Of a DNA stretch of 64,000 nucleotides, positions 48,640 through 61,644 are shown piece by piece. Below the pieces are notes generated by a model. It saw nothing but the letters and a program-made list of their open reading frames with translations, searched no databases and was not told where the DNA came from. The translations under genes were made by a program, and so were the position numbers. The DNA lies in the NCBI RefSeq assembly GCF_011386835.1, contig NC_088798.1, forward strand, positions 41,044,001 through 41,108,000, read 5' to 3'. The DNA comes from Chrysemys picta bellii (taxonomy: Eukaryota). Positions within the stretch are counted from its first letter, which is position 1. Each line of letters begins with the position of its first letter.

Positions 48640-48890
48640 TTCATCCCTGAGCTGGTGATGAGCCTTACATAGACACCAGGAGAGCAGTGCATTGTCTGAT
48701 TGATGCTGGTACCTGAGCCTTAGTTGCTCACCAGCTGTCTCAACAGCTTCATCGAGATTATTATAGGGGAGAGTAGCAAACCTCATGGGTGAGAGTTTAG
48801 GAGTCAAAGGAACCATTAACCATAGTCACCTTTTGGGTTTGGTCCAAGAAGCCATTTCATGATGTTCCTATTCACCCTGCAATTTTGTCA
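48640..48890 (-). mobile_element. Highly degenerate L2/CR1-clade RT core fragment
   Basis: Minus-strand translation contains KWLLGPNPK...MVNGS, LSPMRF and LRYQHQSDNALLS, resembling WL.GR.Q.V.VNGS, LSP.LF and LR.QQYADDTQL. Confidence 0.45.
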
Positions 48891-48967
48891 GAGGTGTGAT
48901 AGGAATATTTGGTGAACAGTATCAAAAAAGTTGCGAAATTTGGTAAAAGAAATAGGTCTATCTACAC

Positions 48968-49270
48968 CAATTGTGGGCAACTTGTGGCCCATCAGGGTAA
49001 TCCACTGGTGGGCCACCGGACAGTTTGTTTACATTTGCACGACCACCTACAGCTCCCAGTGGCCACGGTTTGCCGTTCCTGGCCAATGGGAGCTACGGGA
49101 AGCGGTGTGGGCTGCAGGGACATGCTGGCCACCACTTCTCGCAGCTCCTGTTGGCTGGGAACAGTGAACCACAGCCACTGGGAGCTGCAGGCAGCCGTCC
49201 AAATGTAAACAAACCTGTCTGGTGGCACACCAGTGGATTACCCTGATGGCCCTCAGGTTGCCCACCACTG
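48968..49270. mobile_element. Palindromic hAT MITE, 303 bp
   Basis: Termini CAATTGTGGGCAAC / GTTGCCCACCACTG, TSD ATCTACAC / GTCTACAC. Arms are reverse-complementary, with the same core as the 29113 and 31780 elements. Confidence 0.88.
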
Positions 49271-50029
49271 GTCTACACTGAACTTCTATGCTAACAGACA
49301 CTTTTAGAAGAATGAGGGGAATGTGTTCATGCCAGTTTGTTTCTCGTATGTATTATACTCAAAGCTTTGCCAGAAACTTCTTTTACCATTGCTGATACAT
49401 TTCCTCTCGCCCATGTGGACGTACATAAGCTTTCAGACCCTATTTATAATAGGGTTGATGGCTTGCACTGAAGCCACTTTGCAGTGATGATGATCACAGG
49501 AGAATCTCTTTTAAATACCTTAATGCTTATATTTATATAATTTTTCCATATATAAGTATATATCTTGAAATGTTCATTTACTCTATGAACAAAGTATGTG
49601 AACTTGAAATGTTTTATATTTATGCTGAACTGATGTCAGTTTTAAAATATTATTTGTCTAAATTACTGAAGTTTAGATATGAGCCTGAAATCAAGCCACT
49701 GATCTGTAGATCTCCAAGCTTTGGTGAGGTTTAGATCCAGACCCAGACTGTGTGACTGGAGCCCTTCTCTATTTAATTTAATTATATAACTTCATTCAAA
49801 ATCTGTTGTCAATAGTAGAAAAGCTTCCAGGAATAATTCAAGCAGGCATTATCTAGTTCAACAATTTCTCAAGTGTGGGGCAGCTCAAAAGCTAGGTAGG
49901 AAGGCCCAGACAAACATCTCAATTTGTCTCCAGTGACTTAGCTCTCCTTTTAAAAAAAAATAGTAAATCCCTAGCAGCTCTGGTGGAAAACAACACAGTC
50001 AAAATGTGATGCAACCAAACGGAACCACT

Positions 50030-50165
50030 CAGGGCTGCTGGAACAATTTGTATAGTGGGGGTGCTGAGAGCCATTCAACAAACTGTAAACCCTGTATATG
50101 ATGGGAACCACTTCAAGCCAGGGGGTGCAGTGGCATCCCCCACACTCCTAGTTCCAACACCTATG
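50030..50165. mobile_element. Small hAT MITE, 136 bp
   Basis: Termini CAGGGCTGCTGGAAC / GTTCCAACACCTATG with a perfect 8-bp TSD GAACCACT (50022-50029, 50166-50173). Confidence 0.85.
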
Positions 50166-53100
50166 GAACCACTTGCCAACTAATGGAAACCTTTCTGAGG
50201 ACTGGATAAAGTATCTTTCTCTTCATGCGCCTCTAAACTTCCTGCTTCCATCTGCAATGGAAGTAAATGAGGCAGACTAGCAGTTATATTTCCAGTCCAT
50301 AGACACAGTCCAATTGAATCAATGTGAATTTTGCCATTTACTTCTTTAGGTGCAGGAGCACCTCCTAATACTGTGAATAAGCAACCTGATTTTTTTGAAG
50401 CTTATCTAAACTGAGCCCATAAACCTTTTAAGGTTAGATCACTAACAGGCTGTCCAAACTAAGAATAAAAGAAGATCCTGGCATATGTAAAGAATGGGCA
50501 ATTACAATTTATTTCTCTTACAGCTTCACTGAAAATTGTGCTGCCCAAGTACTCTCTGCATTTTACAGTGCACAGGAGATTGACCTTCAGAAAGTAAGGG
50601 TCATCAGTTTATATTTGCAAATCAACACACAGCACTAGGTCTCAATTTTCAGAGCAATACACTCCACTTGAGTGCACGGATCCACACACCTACTGTAAAT
50701 TGTAGGGCTGGGGGCTTATTTTCAATTTTCCTATCATTACCAATTACTGAAAGTTCTTTAAATTATGTCCTGTACTTTTTTAAATGATTGAAAATATTAC
50801 TTACAGTTAAACATATTTCAATATTCAGAAAAAGTGTGTGTGTGGCGGAGGGTTGTTTTGTTTTTCACATGTACACTAGAGTTATATTTATTTCATCATA
50901 GGCTGCATGAAGTCCTTAAAACAGACTTTGATTAAGAACCTCAAGTGGCACTTCTTTATTATTATCCTTAGTATTTGCCACCCAGCCTTTGATCCTTTTG
51001 TATTCCAGTAATCCCAAATCTTTAAATCCTTAGAGAATTCAACAGTTTAAAAAAAAGATTTAGCTTTACAGAAATTCTAACACCCTTCCCCCATAAACCT
51101 ATACTTTCATGATTAGAGATGAAAGAAAAACCTCTATTTTTTAAAAGAAATAAAAGATGATTATTAAAGATCAGAATGTGACTCAATGATGAAAGAAATT
51201 ATTCCATAACTGTTTCATAATAATGTTTGAAAAAGATAATTTAGAATAATTGCTCTGACAACTGTCTAATTGTATTGTGATTTGATGTTTTAAAGTAATT
51301 TTAAAATGTATCACATTTTGACTTTTAGGCAAGATAAAATGCAATTGATATGAACTGCAATTTATAAAAACATTTATAGTTTAATAATGAAATTAACACA
51401 AATTACTGGTTGCTGTACTACCAAACATATGTACAAAGAGCTCGTATGTGAACAATTTAGCATCCTCTACAGCATTCAGAACAGTTTTAACAAATGTCAG
51501 TAAATTAACAATTTTGAGAAGTCTTTTCTTTATCTCCAGAATGCTGAAGAAGTGCAAGTTTCCAAACATTGTTCTGCTACTGAGTCTTCAGCCTAATCTG
51601 CAGGGACTAGTATTCAATCTCCATGCACTGTCAATCCTTGGCTTCTCTTCTGAAACTGCCAACTTTGATGATGGCAAAAATACATTGTTAGGAAATTCGA
51701 TATAAAGAAATCACCTTGGAATAAGAAGTCCTTTAATTGTTCATGCAATTCATGACTTTTAAAGGGACGAAGGCCACAAAATTAAGGTGTGATTTAAAGG
51801 ATTGTATTTGTATTCATCTTTGCAGGTAACCTAAACTTAACCCAAAACAACAGTTGTTCAGCATTCAGCTATTTGAGAGGATAGGACATAGGAAAGTTAA
51901 TTGCTGAGGAAGATCTAACAATTAACATGCGAGCTGAACCAAACAATGTCATATTCTGTAGTAGTGGACTAATTCCCTTTCACCAGTGTTATTCAGGATT
52001 GTCTGCAAAGGATTTCTGTGGGGGTTTTTTCCACGCCTTTTTTTTTCATTGCTTATTTATGATGTATTAAAAGTTGCAAAATGGAGGGCTTGGTATTTTT
52101 TGCGTATTTTTTTCAGCAGTAGCTTTGCCTACAGTGAAGATTTCAACCAACAGTGGCCAATCCTTTACCTTAGCCAGTTTGAACTCCTCTCCCACCCCCC
52201 TAGTGTAGGCAGAACTGCTATACACCATGATTTGCACCACACCTGCTTGAAACTGGAGAAGGTGCTCTGGTGCAGATCACAACTTTTAGAGCCTTTCCTC
52301 ATCTACATAGACAAGATTTTTATTCTGACCTGTTCTTGGATTAATACACAAAATTAAATGCAACACTCCAGAAGTATTTACAATAGTCGTGCTAGTAATT
52401 TAGGGAGAGATTTTCAAAAGCACAAAGGTCAGGCAGGTATCCCAGTCCCATTAAAAATCAGTGGGAGTTGGTCACTTAACTGCTTTTTTTTGTCTCTGAA
52501 AATCTCCTCCTTAGTACTGAAACACACTGTCTCCTGGTGGCTGCAGCTCTGTAAACTAACAGTCCACTGGAGAATTCATATGGACCCACCTGCTTTTTGT
52601 CATATTAGTATTAAAAAACAAGCAAACACGCACCACCCCAGAATGTGGTGTTTGAGATAAATATTTTACAAGAGATCCTGAAAAACTGCTCTGAGGCCTC
52701 ACTGTGACAAATTTAGTATAAAAGATTGTAAAAATAATAGAAGTCACTGGGAAAATGACAATGGAGCTATCAGCATGGAGGCGATAATTCAGCCACTGAC
52801 TAAAATTGAAATGGGTAAGTAAAGAATAAGGGCAATGAATAAACCTGATTCATATCTGGATAAAACAAAGTATCACTTAGCACAGCTGGAAATAGACTTT
52901 GATGTAAGATTACAGAAAGTGCAAGGAGAGGTTGAAGCTTTGAAAGTTACCCTGAAGTTAGCTCTCATTTCACCCTCGATTACTGCTGTCTATGTGGGTT
53001 TCTACCCCTTTGTAATCAGGAACTATTGGTTGGCTGCCTCCTGAAAAGGTCATCCTTCCTAAGACAGGTACAAAACCCATGCACTTGTGATAATAAAGGT

Positions 53101-53238
53101 TCCTGGGATAAAAAATTTGCTTGTAAATTATAGAACATTAAAATCCTTTCAAAAAAAGAAAATAAAATCTGAGAGATAAAACAAAACCAGTAATGTAACC
53201 ATACAATAGCACCTTTTTAAAAAGGTAACTTGTAACAT

Positions 53239-53276
53239 AGTAGGCCAATGCTCAAACCACTGAGCTATCCCTCTCC
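53239..53276 (-). mobile_element. 5' fragment of the tRNA-derived turtle SINE
   Basis: Reverse complement GGAGAGGGATAGCTCAGTGGTTTGAGCATTGGCCTACT matches the head of the SINE at 3549. Confidence 0.75.
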
Positions 53277-55460
53277 ATTACTGTCTTAGGCCCATCAGAT
53301 TGTGTGCCTGCCATAGGTGCTCAAAGGGGGAACATGGGCAGGGGAATTTCTCCTCCCTCCAATCTCGCTCACAATTCCTCTAGGCAAAATTGAACCACAA
53401 TCTGGCCATTAGTAGAGATGCTTAGTCTTCAAAGCTGCCCAAGAGGGAGGGAGCAAGTATCCTGCCCATAACCATGCTTCACAGTCTGGGTCCGCTCCAG
53501 GTTTTTTGCCACCCCAACCAAGCACAGATAGGCAACTCCAAATGAAGTCAATGGAAGCAGTGGTTGCTCAGCACCTCTGAAAATCAAGCCATGGTCACCC
53601 AAAATTAGTAGATGCCTTGAAAATGTAGCTGCAGGCCACATCCACAGTCAAACATCAAATTTATGCCAGAGCCAAGAACAGAACCAGACTCCCTTGTCTT
53701 AACTACAGGACCATGCTTTCTCTCTCCAGAGGCAAGATCTTGGTGTTTCTAACTTGTCTGAAAAAAGATGAAGGGAGGCTAGCGTGTGGTCAAGCAGATG
53801 GCACATATGAATTTCCAGAACAGCACAATTAGACTCCCGCCACCCCTGGGAAATAGAGAGTAGTGCCCTAGAAGCCTCCTTCCCCTAAAAGCTGACTTTT
53901 TTATAGGCCCCTTTATTAGCAAATGACATGCAGCTGCTCCAAAGCTATGCTTCCTGGACTCCTCAGAGTTGAAAAGGGAATAATCCTGTGTCCTAGCACA
54001 GCGATTGACATCTATTCCCATTTTGCCTTGCATTTTGGACATCTACACTATGCAAGCCATTTTATTTGAAATGAAATATTTTTGAACTAACCAGTGAGTT
54101 TGACATGTATCTTACAACAAATCTTGAAGGAAAACACTCACCAAGAGGTGCATTTCACAGACATTCAGAACTAACTTTTCTCAACTCCTGGTATTTCTGA
54201 AACTTTTGAAATCACCTTTACAAAAATGCAAGTTGCAGCCCTGACTATAAATTAATTATTCTTGACATGATGCATGAGAGTACAAGGGGTATGATTCTCT
54301 TCTCGCTTCCATCTACTTTACACCAGTGTAATTGATTTCAGTGGAGCTTCTCCTGATTTATCACAGCATGAAATCATAATCAGGCCCAAGTTGTACCCAA
54401 AAAAAGTGTCTTGGAAGGTAAAGAACATACAGGCTTCAACCTACAACTCAATGTCCTCCAGGACTGCCATCTTCAAGGACACATTCTTTTTCTAAATGTT
54501 TATACATCTGCCATTTTTCCTCTACAACTTTGATTTACCCTAGGGATCCTCCCCACTTTTTCTGCTTTCTCACTATGACAAGGAAAGAATGCAGAAACCT
54601 AAGAGATGGGCCCATTAAAGGCTTAATTTAATAAAATATATTAATTGTATGAAAACTCTATAGAGTTATATGTAACAGCTCAAGGGGAAAATAGGCAAGG
54701 AGAACCCAACTGCGGAGTTTGCTTCTTCCAATTTGTCACTCTCAGAGAGAAAAGACTTGGATATTTTTACCTTATGGTGATACTTTTGGCCAAGTTTTCC
54801 CTGGAACTAAGAGGAACAGCAGAGATTGCAACTAACTGTTGGACTCCATTTTGAATGAGACAGGAGGCTACTATTTATATCTTTATATAGCACCATCTAA
54901 TGTTAGAAATGTAGTATTTCAAGGGAGGCTACCCACTGAAACTGCATGGAGACATGGCGGTTGCTGAGAGGTTAGAAATAATGAGGCATAGAGACATGGT
55001 CTCCAGCCATAGGCATTTGCTCTATAGCCTGGAATTTGAGCTGAGTTCAGCAGCCTTGCTCCAGCTGTAAGAGTTTATTCCAGTTTAGGAATCATCTTCA
55101 CTAGATGCTGAGGGTGGAATTCATGGGGGGGGGACTCATATGTATACCTGCCACTTTAGGCACTACTGTTATTTACAAAACCTCTGTTCAGCTCCGCCTA
55201 ACCCTGTTGGTGCATATATTTCCACTGTTAAAGTGCCCAAGGTTCTCAGTTGTGGTGGCTGGGCATGCACAATGCTGCCTAAGTCCTGACAGTGCCCAGC
55301 AGCTAGACCCCTAACTTATGTCTAGGCCCCAGTGGGATTCACAAACAATGAGTTTCCCTGCATAGCTTACCTTCAAGGCCCAATGTGGTAGATGTACTCA
55401 GAGAACATCTAAACTCACACAAACCGGCCGGGGAGGAACTCATGCCCTCCTTCTAACATT

Positions 55461-55775
55461 TAACTCAGTGGTCAGAGCTCTAACCTAGAACATAGAAGAT
55501 CTAGGTTCAATTCACCACTCTGTCTGATACAGAGCAGGGGAACTGAAACCTGTGTCTTCCATTAATGTGCCTTAACCACTGACCTAATAAGTCACTCTCA
55601 CACTTTTTCGCTGGCCCATTATATATTTAATTATTTATATAGATTGGAACAGCTTCAACAGAAGAACCTGCTCCAATAATTCTCCATAGCTCTGCGGCTA
55701 AGGTACCGTCCTGGGGTATGAGAAACTGAAGTTCAACTTCCTGTACCCCAGCAAGGGGGGAATCAAACTCAGGTC
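55461..55775. repeat. Two units of inverted tRNA-like (A-box/B-box) segments
   Basis: TAACTCAGTGG...GGTTCAATTC is followed by antisense GAACTGAAACC...TTAACCACTGACCTA. A second unit reads TAGCTCTGCGG...GTTCAACTTCC / GGGAATCAAACTC. Too degenerate for a functional tRNA. Confidence 0.5.
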
Positions 55776-56245
55776 TTCTGCAAATGGGCAAAGGTAAGAA
55801 GTCAGGATTTAGGTCTGCTTAGACTTCAGCTCACAGTTGCTAAGCTTCTTGCCCTTAGAGGATTTTATGAATAGGTGACTATTTCATATGACTTGTTATG
55901 GGAACTTTGTAAAGGCAATTAATGTATTGTTGCTCCTTCTTTGATCTGAGTCAAATTTCAGGGCCCTGGAGATGTAGATAGAAATTGGTGATAGTCAGGT
56001 ACTTCTCTGATGCAGTTTTGTTTATTTACAAAGCATGTACAAAGCCCTGTGTCTCTGAAAGCAGAAGGGAACAAATAGCACAAAAGGCTTCTTTTGCTCA
56101 CAGCACCAGGGATACTCTTTTCAGCCTTTACACCAACCCAAAAACCTCTCTCCAAGTTTATTCCAGAGTCAGACACCATGCAGTCAGCTGCTTCTTGAGG
56201 CTGTCCGTTTCCCCCCCTAGTTTTCTGTGTTCTCCCCTCTCTCTT

Positions 56246-56252
<7 letters not shown>

Positions 56253-56287
<35 letters not shown>
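56253..56287. repeat. (CA)n microsatellite preceded by a (CT)n tract
   Basis: About 17 CA units, read directly. Confidence 0.97.
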
Positions 56288-56289
<2 letters not shown>

Positions 56290-56349
56290 ATCCCTACCAC
56301 AAAATATTCAGCAAAATCTCCTGGGTGTGTGTTCACCTATTCCCTTTCT

Positions 56350-56630
56350 CAGGGCCGGCTTTAGGACCTGCGGGGCCCGATTCAAATACCCGGCCGTAGT
56401 CCGGGTCTTCAGCGGCACTTCGGCGGTGGGGGGTCCTTCACTCGGCTCAGGATCTTCCATGGCACTGAAGGACACACACACACACGCCGAAATGCCGCCA
56501 AAGACCCAGAGCGGACCGCCGCTGGGTGAGTAAAAAAAAATTAAAAATTTAAAAGGTGCCTAAGGTGCAGGGCCCTCTTAAGTGTGAGCGCGGGGCCCGA
56601 TTCCGGGGAATCGGGCTAAAGCTGGCCCTG
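56350..56630. mobile_element. hAT (Tip100/MER45-like termini) MITE, 281 bp
   Basis: TIRs CAGGGCCGGCTTTAG / CTAAAGCTGGCCCTG with a perfect TSD CCCTTTCT (56342-56349, 56631-56638). Confidence 0.92.
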
Positions 56631-59228
56631 CCCTTTCTCTTAGGTGGGGACCTATCCATACAGTTATGTTGACTGAAGAGTGAGTTCATACCTCTCAATG
56701 AGGTCTTAACTCAACCCATAACAAGGTTTCACTCAGCTCATAACAGCATTGTAATGGACCACCTGGTGGCTCATTACTCTGGGAACCTTTCCACCACTCT
56801 GGCTAAGCTAGAGGGAAAGGATTTACCCAGAATTGTCCATTTCAACATGCTCCAGCACAGAGCTCCATAATCTCGAGAGTGCAGGAGAACAAGAAATATC
56901 CTGACATCAGAGGGGACCTGGCTCTAGAGTTAAGTTGAAGCTTTGCAAGAGCAGGCGCATCAGGTCAGAGGCAGCAGCAGCCCAGAATCTGGTTATGGAG
57001 GGAAGGCTAGGTAGCAAGCAGTTTGAAAGTTAGGACTGGAAGGCTGAGAGCTGGCAAATATGAACCCTGCTGCTGGCAGGGGGACAGCAGTAGCCACAGC
57101 AGGAGAGAACAGGTCTACAGTCATGGAAATGGTGTGGAGCAGCTTCAATGAGACATGGTTTTTCCTTATACCCCTACCTCTAGGGGTTGCATTAGGAAAT
57201 TTTGTTTTGATCACCCTGCTCATTATGATTTTAAGTATTGTTCCTAAAGTATTTACACTAGTTTCTGGCAGCCCCAGTAAAGGAATTCTCTGTTAGCTGT
57301 TGCTTTTGAGTATTTATGGGAACCTACTGAGGCCTATTGTCTGTAGAGCCTAATGCTTGGCGCACATACAGTGCTCTTCTCCAAGCTTGTGGTATGCAGA
57401 ACACTACCAGACATCAGAGTACTGGAACACTCACAACACCACCTTGCACTGGGGTCAAAGACAGAATGTTTATGGGAATGTAAAATCCCTAGTATTTTAT
57501 ACTTTACAAAAATAGCTGTTGTCTGCACTTACTGTGTTCACTGTTTCCATGAGTCCACAACATATATCTCCTGCTCTTTGCCCATAATGTGACAATCACT
57601 AGAGCCCTTTCACCCTCTCCATCATCCTCATAGCCTCATGTCACCATCTTCATCCTTCCAGTAGAACAGCATTGCAATTTCCTTTGGAACCTATCAGCGC
57701 TACATCTTCATTAGCCATGGAGGATTACTAAAGAGTGGCAGTGAAGTATTCCTTTCCCTTAGGAGCTGCGTGCACTTGGCTCCAGTGTGGTCAAAGCTGC
57801 TACCTGCCCTCCAAACTAGACACCAAATCCAGGAACTATACTCCAGACATAAGCACAGCCGAGACATGAGCTGACCCATAAATCAACCATTTTAATTTGA
57901 TTCAGGTTGAAATTTGACCTACAGATTTTCAGCCTGGATAGCAAAATTCTTTCCGTAAGAAAAAGGGATGAAATCAGTTCAACCATTTTTTCTCAGTTCA
58001 CTTACACTAAATGGTCTGTTGTTACAAACCCTTCATTAAAATGTATAAGGTTAAAAATGTTCAGCCAATTGAGCAATCAGATTAGCAGAACATTCTTAAG
58101 TGCTTTATAATGACAATGAAGATCTCACTTAAATCTACAAAAGAAAGGTAAGTAAGGCAATTCAAATTCAGTTGGTTCATCCTTAGAGCAACTCAGCATA
58201 TAAAATATACTGTAAAATATCACATATATGAATATATTACACACACAACATTTTAAAAGAACACTAAGGTTGCAAAGTCACTCAGAAGGTAGGGAATGCT
58301 AGTATTATGATTTCCTGTACAACCTTAATTTGTCCCCATTTTACATATGTTTATCATATAGTCTTTAATTACATGATCACATATTATTTTTTGCACAGGA
58401 TCTCTGCCTCCTTCAGTGCACAGAATGGGCCTGCTTTGGGGATGGAGCAGGGTTGTGTAGTGAAGGAGGCTTTTGCCTGTAGAAACTAATCAGCCCTAAT
58501 ACCTACCTCTCTCATTTTCCTAGAGCGGGTCTTGCCAAAATGGTGCTCCCTGCTACCCCTCACCCTTGGCCTGGCAGACCTTATCATTGGGCCTCTGCCC
58601 TACGAGCCTCCCTAGACCACTCCCATGCACCATCTGAACCAGCTGCGAGACATGTAGCTGGTCTCTCTCCAAACTGCACCTAGGAAACAGCTGTACATGC
58701 TCATGCTCCCCACCCTTCATTTCTTCACCCTCATGTCCTGTCCTGACACCAAGTGGCAGGACTTCTTACACCCAAAGAGGGTGAGGGACCCAGTGGCCCA
58801 GTCCGTATTCCATCCTGGTACTATGGCCCACTGGGAGATTAGTTGGCGGCTCCTTTGCAGAGCCATGAGCACATGTACCTGGCACGGTTCACAATCTCCC
58901 CCGACACCCGCTCTTTCTGTGAAGAGAGGGAGATCCTGGTGCACATTTACATGAAGTGGCCAGGTTTCAGCCCCTCTTTTGGTGCCTCCAGAAACTCCTC
59001 CTTAAGTTCTGGCTGCACTTTTCCCCGCACCTCCTGATTTATGCACACCCTGTAGCCCCACCAAGTTGTGCAACTTCCTTGTCAACTTCCTCCAGGTGCT
59101 GAACAAGGTGGCTGACCAGCATACTAGGAGGGAGAAGTTAGTGTGTGTGTGTGGGGGGATGTGTGGGCCTATTTCCACTCTGCGATTGTAGGGCCTATTT
59201 CCACTCTTCCCTCAAGTCACGTCTCATG

Positions 59229-60104
59229 GATATGATAGAGGTCTATAAAATCATGACTGATGTGAAGAAAGTAAATAAGGAAGTGTTATCTACTCCTTCT
59301 CATAACACAAGAACTAGGGGCCACCCAATGAAGTTAATAGGCAGCAGGTTTAAAACAAACAAAAGGAAGTATTTCTTCACCCAACACACAGTTAACCTGT
59401 GGAACGCTTTGCCAGAAGATGTTGTGAAGGGCAAGATTATAACAGAGTTCAAAAAAGAATTAGATTGTAATAGGGTTCATGACCTGCCCCTGTTCCTGGG
59501 GCCTGCTAGCCCTCTGCAATAAGGCTCAGAGAGGCCTCAGGGTTGTGCAACATCTATGTATTTACTTATTGTTGTCCCAACACCAGTGTCCATCTATAAA
59601 TAAGCTTTACAAGTTTGATTACCTCCTTTACAGGCAGTCAGCCTTCAGCTAAGAGGTCTTCAGCCCCCTCCCTGACTGACTTCTCCCCTGCTGCTCCTTT
59701 CCTTCTGGCTCCCCCCAGCCTTTTTAACCCTTGGCTTGTGAGGCCAGTAGGTGTTGCCAATCCTAAGGCCAGCATCAGGCCTTTTCCGTCAGCCTCAATT
59801 TGCTTCCTTTGATTGGAGCTGACTGGGCAGGGGCTAATTAGGTGCTTCTGCACCAGCACCCTGCTACATAGATAAGTTCATGGAGGATAGGTCCAATCAA
59901 TGGCTATTAGCGAGGATGGGCAGGGATGGTGTTCCTAGACTCTGTTTGCCAGAATCTGGGAATGGGCAACAGGGGATGGATCACTTGATGATTACCTGTT
60001 CTGTTCATTCCCTCTGGGGCACCTGGCATTGGCCACTGTCAGAAGACAGGATACTGGGCTAGACAGACCTTTGGTCTGACCCAGTATGGCCATTCTTATG
60101 TTCT
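59229..60104 (+). mobile_element. CR1 LINE 3' fragment interrupted by a solo LTR
   Basis: DMIEVYKIM...[39 protein letters not shown]...FKKELD, resuming at 59874. Ends in the TTCTTATGTTCT tail. Confidence 0.92.
59466..59868 (-). mobile_element. Solo LTR (403 bp) inserted in CR1
   Basis: TGTAATAGGG...CCCTGCTACA termini with a 5-bp TSD TAGAT (59461-59465, 59869-59873). Orientation inferred from similarity of the minus strand to the start of the 41101 LTR. Confidence 0.9.
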
Positions 60105-61644
60105 CTGGGCAGAGTTCTTCTGGGCTGTGTCCACTGGCTCCCTAGACACCTTCAAAGAGCAGTGGGTGCTGTCTGGGGTTCTCTGCTCAGTGTCCCCCTC
60201 TGGATCCCTGATTTTGAACCTGTGACACCCCCTTTCATCCCTGTTTTTTTTTTTTCATTAGTTGTCCCTGCAATTATTTGATGCCTCGGTCTGGTGGCTC
60301 CTCTCCATAGGTTGAGGGGAGGGGCCTTTAAATGTAGCCAGGCCCACACTTGCCCATCCCCAGTGCTTCAATAGGTGCCTTTACCATCAGACCATTGTTT
60401 AACTTCCCTGTCTCCTTGGCTACGTGCCTTCCAATTTCTGCAGCAAATGAGGGTCCTTATTCCAGTCTCCTCCCACCCGCCCAGCTCCTCATCCAATCTC
60501 AGTCTTCACACACACTGGCTTCCACACTCTCAGTATTTCAGCCCCCAACTCGTTGTCCCAATCTACTCCCTCCTTCCTTCCACCACTCTCCTCCAAATCC
60601 AGCTTTTGTCTTCTTGCCTGTCTGCATTCCAGTCAGACTGTTCTTCCGCCATACTGCCTCGGTGCACTGAGGTCTGGTGCCACAGTATCCCTTGACAGTT
60701 GAGAAAAGCAATTGAAGGGAAAATCCTGCTCAACATCTGCATCCCTGGTTTGGACCATGCTCTGTGCAGATGGATTTTTTGATAAATTAGCAGCCAAACT
60801 GAAAGAAGTCTCCAATGAATATTTGAAAACTGAGATTTTTCAAAAGCTTATAATTTAGCCAGATTTTAACAGGGTTGACAAAAGGCACATCTCTGGCATC
60901 TGGGTAACCCCCGCCCCTAACAAATTTCAAGCTCTCCAAAGCCTGGAGGCACTAGGGTTTCTCAGTGAAATGATTGTAAGAAGCTGTTTGTTTTTTAAAC
61001 ATGGTCAAAACAACATATCTTTCCCCATACTTATTCTCAGAAACATCTGAACTATTTTTAGTTGAAACTTTTAAAATCAATCAGCCTGAGCCAGACATCC
61101 ACCATGGACATTTTTTGCCCAAATGGTTAAAGTAGGGCAGAGTTCTCAGCAATTGAAAACGGTGTCTTATAATTGGAAGAGTTGAGTAACCTTAACTATA
61201 CTTGACACTGAGTTCCACCTATAATATACACACCTGGCACACATGAGGGGTGCAATACTAATATAATAATTCTATGCAAAATGTCCAGGCTTAGTTAGTG
61301 ATCTACCCTTGCACATGTGCTTAGGAGCATCCACCATCCTTGTGCAGAACTATGCTTGTGTAGAACAAACACTCACAAGGAGTCTCCTTGGTCCCGGCTC
61401 CCTCTGGGCATCAAATCACCCAGTGAGGAGTGAGATGGAGGAGGATTCTTTAGCTACAGCAGGAGTGGAAAGGCCGGATATAGTGTGAATTTGTATCGTC
61501 CTAGCCTCTAGGTTTTTCCCCAAAGTGGTGCGACTCTACAATGCCCCATATGCAAGGCTCTGTGCAAATTGCAAACTATAGTTTCTCCTATTTCTCTCAA
61601 TACATTTTGCAGAGAAATTTTATAAATGGGGAGATTTTCAGGGC

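Larger units (their letters stand above)
58515..60377 (+). mobile_element. Tx1/L1-clade LINE 3' fragment (ORF2 C-terminal zinc-knuckle region + 3'UTR), interrupted by CR1
   Basis: Degenerate TGEISWRLL..AMS..MYLARFTISPDTRSFCEEREILVHIY...LLLKFWLHFSPHLLIYAHP. The sequence resumes after the CR1 at ~60105 (CTGGGCAGAGTTCTTCTGGGC...). Confidence 0.75.
58268..61191. mobile_element. Old non-autonomous DNA element with (T)TAA-flanked GGTTGC/GTAACC ends (possibly Kolobok-type), host of nested retroelements
   Basis: CTAA|GGTTGC at 58264-58273 and GTAACC|TTAA at 61186-61195. Internal AAATTTCAAG-type motifs at 60900-61180. Joining the two halves into one element is inferred. Confidence 0.45.

Noticed and set aside
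55985-56533. 182-aa ORF
   Set aside because: It runs through a (CA)n microsatellite and a MITE, has low complexity and shows no domain.
57060-57296. 78-aa ORF with an N-x-T site and hydrophobic LGVALGNFVLITLLI stretch, resembling GPCR/olfactory receptor TM1
   Set aside because: No downstream receptor motifs (PMY, MAYDRY) in any frame, and the ORF ends after one segment. T-rich DNA readily yields hydrophobic peptides.
59165-59207. 17-bp direct repeat GGGCCTATTTCCACTCT with a 9-nt spacer
   Set aside because: Only two copies, inside the Tx1 remnant; a local slippage duplication, not a CRISPR-like array or TSD.
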